Of a stretch of DNA of 45,228 bases, positions 25,940-33,250 are shown one piece after another. The DNA is taken from NCBI GenBank assembly GCA_964459825.1, contig CAYWOF010000001.1, positions 1 through 45,228 of the forward strand, in the 5' to 3' direction. This stretch comes from an uncultured Phycisphaeraceae bacterium. Its GTDB lineage: Bacteria > Planctomycetota > Phycisphaerae > Phycisphaerales > UBA1924. A program made the translations under genes and the position numbers. The notes below the pieces were generated by a model that saw only the letters and a list, made by a program, of their open reading frames with translations, did not search any database and was not told the DNA's origin. Each line of letters begins with the position of its first letter. Position 1 is the first letter of the stretch.

Positions 25940-28189
25940 ATGCGCATCGTGACCGCAAGTCTAGCCGCCGTTGCCGGCCTGGTCGCCGTGGCCACCGGCG
26001 ATCCACCGGAGCCGACACCGTACTTCTTCCTCTGGGCCGCCCCAGAAGCGGGTGGCTACGCTGGCATGACCGACTTCGCTTCGCAGATCGTGCGGGTCAA
26101 CATCGCGTTGGCGGCGAACGACACGCCCGAAGAGGCGGCCGCCGCCGTGGCAGCCGCTGCCCACGACCAGATCGAAGCCGGGGTCACCGATCCGGACCAC
26201 ATCTGCATCCTGCTCCAGAACTTTGGCACGAAGGACTCGCTCGGGAAGCCGACCTGCTTCTGGCACAGCGACGATGATCTCGAGGAGCCACTCAGCCAGT
26301 TCACGAACTGGGAAAACAGTGACTTCCGATACATGCAGCCCTGGATGAACAACGCCCGTCCGATCGTGAAGGAATGGATGGAGGATTTCGTCACCGCGCT
26401 GGCCTACGAGATCAGCCAGGACCCCACACTAGAAGCGCCCGCAAGGTTCCACTACGACACGGAGGCATACATAAGTGGTTGCTGCGTCTTGGGTTACACG
26501 AAGGCCCTCGAAGCGGCCGCCCAGGATGACCGCTGGGACGAGGAACCGCTCCCCGGCACCGTCGATGTGACCATGGCGAGCCTCTACAGCGAGGCTCGTG
26601 GGGCGTACGGGTGGGGGAACGGGACGACGACTCCCATCCTGGATCTTCTGCAGGAGGAGGAGGCCCCCAACTCTGACGCTAACCGACCGCTCTTCATCTG
26701 GTACTACGCCATCTGCCAGGCGGCCCTTGACCAAGTCATGCTCGAGTGTGCCTACTCGGTGATCAAGGACGAGTGGCCCAGCTGCAAGGTCAGCAACTAC
26801 TACCACTGCAACACCGATGGCGGGTTGGACAACTTCGGGTGGCACAGCACGCGGGATCATGAGTCCTCAGGGCAGTCGGATCGGGTGGCTCGGCGCACAT
26901 CCGTCCGCGCGGGGGCGGAGATGTACGGGGAGGGCGCCAAGCTCCTGTGGAACGATATCGAAGTCGAGGACCCGGAGTACCGCAGCCTCTGGCAGACCCA
27001 CACGGGCGTCGCGTCGGGCGACTTCTCCTCCCCGGTCCTCTATCCGTATCACCCGAACCACCGCTCTCTCGTGGTCACGGGCCAGGGCACGCCGCTGGAT
27101 CGGTACAACTACTACCTCAGGGACCAGATTACCGAGACCTGGCCCGTCGCGACGGATTCGTGGGTCATGCTGGACTATGCGCGGCGGTGGGTGGAGGCCA
27201 TCCTCAACACGCCGGACGGGCACGGCTACGCCGAGATCATGCCCTGGCTCTGGATGCCCGATGAAACCCGCCCGCTAGGGCAGAACTCCTCCTATCCGCC
27301 GAGCACGTTCGAAGGCCTGGCGGACCTCCGCCAGGTCCTGGCCATGCTGCGCGCCAAGCGCACCACCGAGGCGATGCTCTGGTGGAACCACACCGTCCAG
27401 TACCCGGAATGGACGACGATCCTGGAAGTCATGGAACTGGTCTACACGCCGCAGCTGGACTGGGCCCACGTGCTCGAAGGCACTGGGCCCGACCCGGTGG
27501 ACCCCGACATCCTCCGCTACACCCTGCGCGCGACCTCGCTCGAGGATGAGGTGGTGGAAGTCGAATCCGTCGAGGTGGGCAACTACGAGCAGGTGGCGCT
27601 CTGGGTCAAGTTCAATTACCTGGACGACTGGGAGAACCGCCAGCCGCCGATCCTGAACCTGGAGTGCTCTGTCAGCCCCGATGAGGGCGATGCGAACGGC
27701 GTGCGCGGCTTTATCTACCTCGCCGACCAAGAGAACGATCCCATCGACTGGCAGCAGGAGATGGGCCCCGTGTTCGACGACTTCGGCTTCGAGGGCAGCG
27801 GCTTCGGCTACTTCGCGCCCAGCTTCGAGGACGAGGAGCGCGATTGGTACGAGACCCGCCGCTCGTTTCCGCTCAGCACCAATGATTACATCAGTCCGTA
27901 CGATGGCTCGTTGTGGGTGCAGATCGTCCTTCGTGATGAGGGACCGTTCACGGCCCGCTTCGACCTGACGCAACTGATCGGCACCCCGCCGCTGCAAGCC
28001 GATTGCGGGGAGTGCGCGAGCCGCGCCCAGGGAGCGGACTTCGACCACTCGCAGAGCGTGAACCTGACCGACCTGCTCGCTTTCCAGGCCGCCTACGCCG
28101 CCGGCATGCCCTCCGCGGACCAGAACTTCGACGGGCAGGTCACGCCCCAGGACCTCGCCATCTTCGGCATCAAGTACAACAACCCGTAG
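25940..28189 (+). CDS. Large acidic, Trp/Tyr-rich secreted protein of unknown function with a degenerate dockerin-like C-terminus
   Basis: Internal ATG 25940 of track ORF 25880..28189, preceded by gaaaggag. Signal peptide MRIVTASLAAVAGLVAVATG. I recognise no family for the roughly 700-aa body. C-terminus: DFDHSQSVNLTDLLAFQAAYAAGMPSADQNFDGQVTPQDLAIFGIKY. GC is visibly lower: 33/60 in the line starting 26281, against 44/60 in the line starting 29221. Confidence 0.8.
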   Translation: MRIVTASLAAVAGLVAVATGDPPEPTPYFFLWAAPEAGGYAGMTDFASQIVRVNIALAANDTPEEAAAAVAAAAHDQIEAGVTDPDHICILLQNFGTKDSLGKPTCFWHSDDDLEEPLSQFTNWENSDFRYMQPWMNNARPIVKEWMEDFVTALAYEISQDPTLEAPARFHYDTEAYISGCCVLGYTKALEAAAQDDRWDEEPLPGTVDVTMASLYSEARGAYGWGNGTTTPILDLLQEEEAPNSDANRPLFIWYYAICQAALDQVMLECAYSVIKDEWPSCKVSNYYHCNTDGGLDNFGWHSTRDHESSGQSDRVARRTSVRAGAEMYGEGAKLLWNDIEVEDPEYRSLWQTHTGVASGDFSSPVLYPYHPNHRSLVVTGQGTPLDRYNYYLRDQITETWPVATDSWVMLDYARRWVEAILNTPDGHGYAEIMPWLWMPDETRPLGQNSSYPPSTFEGLADLRQVLAMLRAKRTTEAMLWWNHTVQYPEWTTILEVMELVYTPQLDWAHVLEGTGPDPVDPDILRYTLRATSLEDEVVEVESVEVGNYEQVALWVKFNYLDDWENRQPPILNLECSVSPDEGDANGVRGFIYLADQENDPIDWQQEMGPVFDDFGFEGSGFGYFAPSFEDEERDWYETRRSFPLSTNDYISPYDGSLWVQIVLRDEGPFTARFDLTQLIGTPPLQADCGECASRAQGADFDHSQSVNLTDLLAFQAAYAAGMPSADQNFDGQVTPQDLAIFGIKYNNP
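28037..28186 (+). other. Degenerate twin EF-hand dockerin-like module (coding segment)
   Basis: Loops DFDHSQSVNLTD and DQNFDGQVTPQD keep D/N at loop positions 1, 3, 5 and 12. Each is followed by a short amphipathic helix (LLAFQAAY, LAIFGIKY). Confidence 0.6.
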
Positions 28190-28216
28190 GACCGACACAC
28201 CGGCATCGCACCCCCC

Positions 28217-28238
28217 GACCCGGGCCCGCGCCCGGGTC
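28217..28238 (+). terminator. GC-rich hairpin downstream of 25940..28189 (weak terminator candidate)
   Basis: GACCCGGGC-ccgc-GCCCGGGTC gives a 9-bp perfect stem 28 nt after the stop. The trailing sequence gcttgctgtgg is only weakly T-rich. Confidence 0.3.
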
Positions 28239-28348
28239 GCTTGCTGTGGTGCGCCGAACAAGGCGCGTGACCAGAAGGTGCAACTCCTCTGGGGGCCCTG
28301 GTGGCGGGAACCTTGAGTTCATCGCCGTCAGGCGGGTACCCTTCTCGT

Positions 28349-28987
28349 ATGTCCGAGGCCGTGCCCCCGCCGCTCGACGAGGTCCTCCGGGCGTACCTCG
28401 CCGGGCGCGATGCTCCCTGCCCCCGCTGCGCGTACAACCTCCGCGGTTGCGCGGCCCAAGTCTGCCCCGAGTGCGGCGTGCCCCTCTCGCTCGCCATCGC
28501 CCCGGCCCAGGCCGATCGCCGGCTCGTGCTCCTGCTGGCCCTCATGCTCGGGTGGGTGGCCCTCGCCGCCTCGGTCGAGACCTACCGGGCCCAGGCGCTG
28601 GCCCGGCGCGAGGCATACTCGACCGGGTGGATCCAGTTCCAGACGACCTCGACGAGCCCGATCTTGACCGTGCCCGCCAGCGGGCAGATCACCATCCAGG
28701 CTCCGACGGTGTCCATGACCGGTCCCGGCGCTCAGCTGAGAGCCTCACGGATCATGCTCGGCGGCGTGACCCCCTGGGGACCCAACTGGGCGGTGGTCCG
28801 CTGGCAGTCGTGGACCCATCTGGTCGTCTGGGGAGTCCTCGCGCTCCTGGCCCTCATCGCACTGGCCGGCCTGGCTCGCCTGCGGCACCGCGCCACGGGA
28901 CCACGTCGATTCCTGCGGTTGGCCATCGGGCTGTTCGTGGCGTTCGCGGGTGTGAGCCTGCTCTTCCGCGTTCCCCTTCTGACCTGA
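28349..28987 (+). CDS. Membrane protein with N-terminal CxxC...CPECG zinc ribbon
   Basis: Internal ATG 28349 of track ORF 28301..28987. Sequence reads MSEAVPPPLDEVLRAYLAGRDAPCPRCAYNLRGCAAQVCPECGVPL, then TM LVLLLALMLGWVALAASV, an extracytoplasmic segment of about 90 aa, and two more TM helices (LVVWGVLALLALIALAGLA; LAIGLFVAFAGVSLLF). Confidence 0.7.
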   Translation: MSEAVPPPLDEVLRAYLAGRDAPCPRCAYNLRGCAAQVCPECGVPLSLAIAPAQADRRLVLLLALMLGWVALAASVETYRAQALARREAYSTGWIQFQTTSTSPILTVPASGQITIQAPTVSMTGPGAQLRASRIMLGGVTPWGPNWAVVRWQSWTHLVVWGVLALLALIALAGLARLRHRATGPRRFLRLAIGLFVAFAGVSLLFRVPLLT

Positions 28988-29143
28988 CCGCCGTGTGGAC
29001 CGAACCTGGACCGATGCCGGTTATCGCTCCGTAACAGCAGCGCAGCGAGACCGCAGATTCCCTTGTCCGCGGGCCCCCGCGTGGGGATACTGGCCTTGGC
29101 CCCCAGCCAGCCGCCCGGCGGCCGGATGGCCCGAGGAGATCCC

Positions 29144-30400
29144 ATGTACCGAGGTCCAATGGCGCCGGTGGGTGTGATGATGATCAGCGCGGGCGTGGCC
29201 CTCGGTGCACCACCCTCCTTCACGGGCGTGGGGGACCTGCCCGGAGGATCGACCGCCAGCTTCGTCAACGCCCTCTCCGCCGACGGCTCGGTCGCGGTGG
29301 GGCGGTCGGGCTCGGCGAACGCGACCAACCCCAGCGGCTGCTGCGAGGCGTTTCGCTGGACGCAGGCGGGCGGTATGGTGCCCCTGGGCGACCTGCCCCT
29401 CGGAGCGTTCGAGTCCGAGGCGATGGACATCGCCCACGATGGGACCGCCATCGTCGGCCAGGCCCACATCGGCGTCGATATCGGTTTCCGCTGGATGCAG
29501 GCGACCGGCCTCATCCAGCTGCCGGAACTCCAGGGCGGCGGGCTCGGGGGCGTGATCGTGGGCGCCTGCTCCGCGGACGGCTCGATCATCGTCGGCTCGG
29601 ACCAGGGTCCCAACGGACGGGGAGCCTTCATCCTGACGACCGGCCACGCCTTCGCCCTCCCCATGGGCGACCTCCCCGGCGGGATCTTCCGTTCCGAGGC
29701 CCTGGCCGTCTCCGACAGCGGCTGGGTCGCCGCCGGTTCGAGCACGTCGGGCAGCGGCACGGAGGCGTTCCGCTGGTCCAACGAGACCGGGATGCAGCCC
29801 CTCGGCTCCCTCGGGGGCTCGCCGTTCGAGAGCGTCGCCAACGGCATCTCCGGGGATGGCGCGGTCATCGTCGGGCGGGCCCGCTCGCCCCTGGGGACCG
29901 AGGCCTTCCGCTGGACGCTCGCGTCCGGGATGGTGGCGCTCGGCGATCTTCCGGGGGGCATCACGTCGAGCGAGGCCTGGGACGCGAACGCCGACGGCTC
30001 GATCATCGTGGGCACGGGCGCGGGCGCCGGCGGCCAGCGGGCGTTCATCTGGGACCCGGTCCATGGCGTGCGCGACCTGCGCGATGTGCTCGTGGGCGAG
30101 CTGGGCCTGAATCTGAGCGGCTGGACCCTCACCAGCGCCCGCGCCGTGACCCCCGACGGTCGCACGATCGCCGGGCATGGCGTCAACCCCGGCGGCGCCA
30201 CCGAGGGGTGGGTCGCACACCTTGGCTCCGCCTGCTATCCCGACTGCGACGGGTCGGGCGCGCTCGATGTGGGCGACTACATCTGCTTCCAGACGCGCTT
30301 CGCCCTCGGCGACCCCTACGCCGACTGCGATGGGAACGGCGTGCGCAACGTGAGCGATTACGTCTGCTTCCAGACGCATTTCGCGGTCGGATGTCGCTGA
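29144..30400 (+). CDS. Secreted HAF-repeat protein with Cys-rich (GC-type) dockerin-like C-terminal module
   Basis: Internal ATG 29144 of track ORF 29063..30400, after ggagat. Signal peptide MYRGPMAPVGVMMISAGVALGAPP. HAF-type repeats: A.AlSaDGSvaVG.s......eAFRWt...GMv.LGdLPGG. Tail: CYPDCDGSGALDVGDYICFQTRFALGDPYADCDGNGVRNVSDYVCFQTHFAVGCR. Confidence 0.85.
   Translation: MYRGPMAPVGVMMISAGVALGAPPSFTGVGDLPGGSTASFVNALSADGSVAVGRSGSANATNPSGCCEAFRWTQAGGMVPLGDLPLGAFESEAMDIAHDGTAIVGQAHIGVDIGFRWMQATGLIQLPELQGGGLGGVIVGACSADGSIIVGSDQGPNGRGAFILTTGHAFALPMGDLPGGIFRSEALAVSDSGWVAAGSSTSGSGTEAFRWSNETGMQPLGSLGGSPFESVANGISGDGAVIVGRARSPLGTEAFRWTLASGMVALGDLPGGITSSEAWDANADGSIIVGTGAGAGGQRAFIWDPVHGVRDLRDVLVGELGLNLSGWTLTSARAVTPDGRTIAGHGVNPGGATEGWVAHLGSACYPDCDGSGALDVGDYICFQTRFALGDPYADCDGNGVRNVSDYVCFQTHFAVGCR
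30233..30397 (+). other. Six-cysteine twin EF-hand dockerin-like module, copy 1
   Basis: CYPDCDGSGALDVGDYICFQTRFALGDPYADCDGNGVRNVSDYVCFQTHFAVGCR. Confidence 0.85.
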
Positions 30401-30631
30401 GCGATCTCGCGAAACGGTCTCGGTTTCGAGAACCTCCGCACTTTGGCGTGGTTGTGCGCCGGCGGTGACTCTCCGCCCTGAGAATGGCGTGAGATCACGC
30501 CGGTGGAGGCGGGCTTTTCGCAACCGGGCAGACGCGGACTCGGTATAGGCGCGTTGCCCCGCGATCCCGGCCTGGGGCTGGGGACGGGGTGTGCGTTCCA
30601 GTTGGGTGTCCTGTCACGCGGAGCAGGAGCC

Positions 30632-33235
30632 ATGGGCGCGAGAAGCCGAACGGTTCCGGTCCTCCGTTGGTGTCCAGTCGCCACGCTGGCGTTGGCGGGC
30701 GCTGCCTCGTGCGCGAACGGGCAATGCGAGCGGTGGCTGCCGGGCGGGGCATTCCCGGGGGTGGCGTCCCGCGGCGTCCCGTACCAGCCGCTGGTCGAGG
30801 CGGTGGGGACGTGGGATCCCGATGGTCCAGGGCCCACGCCCGAGCGGCTGGTCATCGGCGGGTGGGTTCATGCGGTCGGGGATGTTCCCGCCAACGCCGT
30901 GGCCGCGTGGGATGGCGTGCGCTGGGCCTCCCTTCCGGGGCTCGAGGGACAGGCGTACGACCTGCTCGACTTTGGTGGGGACCTGATGGTCGCCGGCTCG
31001 CTCCAGATCCCGCCGGGAACCGCCTCGTGGGGAGTGGTGCGCTGGACAGGGGCGGGATGGGAGGCGCTGACCGGCTTGATCGGCAACGCCACAGCGCTGG
31101 TCGAGTACGGGTCGTTCTTGGCAGCCGCGGGTGGACAGGGTGTCCAACTCTGGAACGGCTTAGGGTGGTCCTTCTCGATCGGGCAAGTGCAGGGCACCTT
31201 CCCTGAGCTCGGCGCGCTGGCCGCTCACAACGGACTCCTCGTCGCCGGCGGCGCCTTTGATCGTATCGGTGGGACGCCGGCCGCGAATGTTGGGGCTTGG
31301 AATGGAACCGCGTGGCTGCCGCTCGGCTCGGGAGTAAACGGGCGCGTCCGTGCGCTGGAGACGGTGGGACCGGACCTGATCGTCGGGGGATCGTTCACGA
31401 CGGGCGGGGGCGTGCCGACCGACTATCTGGCGCGATGGGATGGGAGCCAATGGCACCCCATGGGGCTGGGCGAGACGGGCCCCGCGGTTCGCGCCGTCGA
31501 GGCCATCGGCGTGCGCGACGGCAGGCTCGTGGTCGGCGGCACGTTCCTGACCGCCGGCGGAGTGCCAGGAACGGACTTCCTCGCCCAGTGGGACGGGACC
31601 CACTGGAGCCCCGTTGGGGCCGGCGTCGACGGGGGCGTCTACGCGCTGTGCGAGTTCGGCAACGATCTGATCGTCGGAGGCCGCTTTGCGCGGGCCGGCG
31701 TGCGCACGGCCTTCGGGATCGCCCGCTGGGATGGAGAGACACTGGACCGGGTGGGCTCCGGCGCCGATGGGCCGATCTTCGCGATGGCCGAGTACGCCGG
31801 GCGTCTCGTCGCGGGGGGCGACTTTCTTACCATGGGGGACACCCAGGCCGCGCATCTGTCCGCCTGGGACGGGATCGAGTGGGCGGCCATGGGCACGGGC
31901 ACCAATGGACCGGTCTACACCCTGGGCACCCACGCCGGGGGACTCGTGGCGGGCGGCGCCTTCACGCTGGCCGATGGCGCGCCCGCCAGCCGTATCGCGA
32001 CTTGGAACGGCGCCGGCTGGAATCCGCTGGGCTCAGGCGTCAACGGAGCCGTCGCGGCGCTCGCGGACCGGGCGGGGCAGTTGATCGCTGGCGGGTCGTT
32101 CGGGGTGGCAGGGGGCGGTCCCGTTGGCCGGATCGCCGCGTGGGACGGGGCGACGTGGTCCGGGCTGGGGACAGGCCTCAACGGCACGGTGTACGCCCTC
32201 ACCCTTCACCAGGGGGACCTCTTTGCCGGGGGGGTGTTCACGCAGGCGGGTGGCGCTCCCGCGCACCGGGTGGCGCGCTGGGACGGAGTCGCTTGGCACC
32301 CGCTCGGCGACGGCATCGCGAGCCCCGGCGCGATCGTGGCGACGATGGAGAGTTACGCGGGTGACCTCATCGTCGCGGGCGCGTTCACGGATGCGGGAGG
32401 CATCCCGGCCGGCAACATCGCCCGCTGGGATGGAACGCGCTGGTCCTTCCTCGGTGCCGGCATGACGAACGTGGGAACCGCGATCGATCCCATCGTGAAT
32501 GGAATGACCGTTCGCGATGGGCGACTCGTCGCGGTGGGGTGCTTCAATCGTGCGGAGGCTGCGGTCGTGGGTGGCGTGGCGGAGTGGGACGGCGCCTCCT
32601 GGACCGGGCTCGGCACCGGGCTTCAGAGCTACGCCTCACCGGTCGCCCATGCCGTCGGCGCACTCGGGCCCGAGCTTGTCGTGGGGGGCGATTTCATGTT
32701 CGCCGGGGGGGACCCGGAGACCTATGAGGGGATCGTCGTGGCCAACGCCTTCGCTCGGTGGACCGCGAGCGGGGCGCCGTGGCTCGCTCGACAGCCGATG
32801 CCGATGACGGCCTACACCGGGGGCGGGGTCGCCCTTTCCGTGGCCGTGCCGCCGGGCTACGGGCCGCTGACCTACCAGTGGCGCCGCGAGGGGATGCCGG
32901 TCGTCAACGGACCGGGCGGCGCCTCGCCCGGTGGGGCAACGGTCGCCGGCGCGGACACATCCACGCTCACGCTCACCGGCGTGCGTCCCTCGGACGCGGG
33001 CGCCTACACCGTCACCGTGGCCAACTCCTGCGGCCAGGCGACGAGCCAGCCGGCCCCGCTCTCGGTTCTCTGCTACGCCGACTGCGATGGAAGCGCCACA
33101 CTGACCATCGGCGACTTCATCTGTTTCCAGACGCGGTTCGCCCTCGGCGATCCGTACGCGGACTGCGATGCCGACGGCCAGCGCACCGTGGCGGACTACG
33201 TGTGCTTCCAGACCCGATTCGCCCTCGGGTGCTGA
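30632..33235 (+). CDS. Secreted multi-blade beta-propeller repeat protein + Ig-like domain + Cys-rich dockerin-like module
   Basis: Internal ATG 30632 of track ORF 30503..33235, after aggag. About 12 repeats of the type A.WDG..W..LG.G.NG.V.AL....G.L.AGG.F..AGG.PA..IA.W. Ig-like segment: LTYQWRREGMPV...LTLTGVRPSDAGAYTVTVANSCGQATS. Tail: CYADCDGSATLTIGDFICFQTRFALGDPYADCDADGQRTVADYVCFQTRFALGC. Confidence 0.85.
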   Translation: MGARSRTVPVLRWCPVATLALAGAASCANGQCERWLPGGAFPGVASRGVPYQPLVEAVGTWDPDGPGPTPERLVIGGWVHAVGDVPANAVAAWDGVRWASLPGLEGQAYDLLDFGGDLMVAGSLQIPPGTASWGVVRWTGAGWEALTGLIGNATALVEYGSFLAAAGGQGVQLWNGLGWSFSIGQVQGTFPELGALAAHNGLLVAGGAFDRIGGTPAANVGAWNGTAWLPLGSGVNGRVRALETVGPDLIVGGSFTTGGGVPTDYLARWDGSQWHPMGLGETGPAVRAVEAIGVRDGRLVVGGTFLTAGGVPGTDFLAQWDGTHWSPVGAGVDGGVYALCEFGNDLIVGGRFARAGVRTAFGIARWDGETLDRVGSGADGPIFAMAEYAGRLVAGGDFLTMGDTQAAHLSAWDGIEWAAMGTGTNGPVYTLGTHAGGLVAGGAFTLADGAPASRIATWNGAGWNPLGSGVNGAVAALADRAGQLIAGGSFGVAGGGPVGRIAAWDGATWSGLGTGLNGTVYALTLHQGDLFAGGVFTQAGGAPAHRVARWDGVAWHPLGDGIASPGAIVATMESYAGDLIVAGAFTDAGGIPAGNIARWDGTRWSFLGAGMTNVGTAIDPIVNGMTVRDGRLVAVGCFNRAEAAVVGGVAEWDGASWTGLGTGLQSYASPVAHAVGALGPELVVGGDFMFAGGDPETYEGIVVANAFARWTASGAPWLARQPMPMTAYTGGGVALSVAVPPGYGPLTYQWRREGMPVVNGPGGASPGGATVAGADTSTLTLTGVRPSDAGAYTVTVANSCGQATSQPAPLSVLCYADCDGSATLTIGDFICFQTRFALGDPYADCDADGQRTVADYVCFQTRFALGC
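33071..33232 (+). other. Six-cysteine twin EF-hand dockerin-like module, copy 2
   Basis: CYADCDGSATLTIGDFICFQTRFALGDPYADCDADGQRTVADYVCFQTRFALGC. Confidence 0.85.
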
Positions 33236-33250
33236 GCGAGGAGATGGCCC

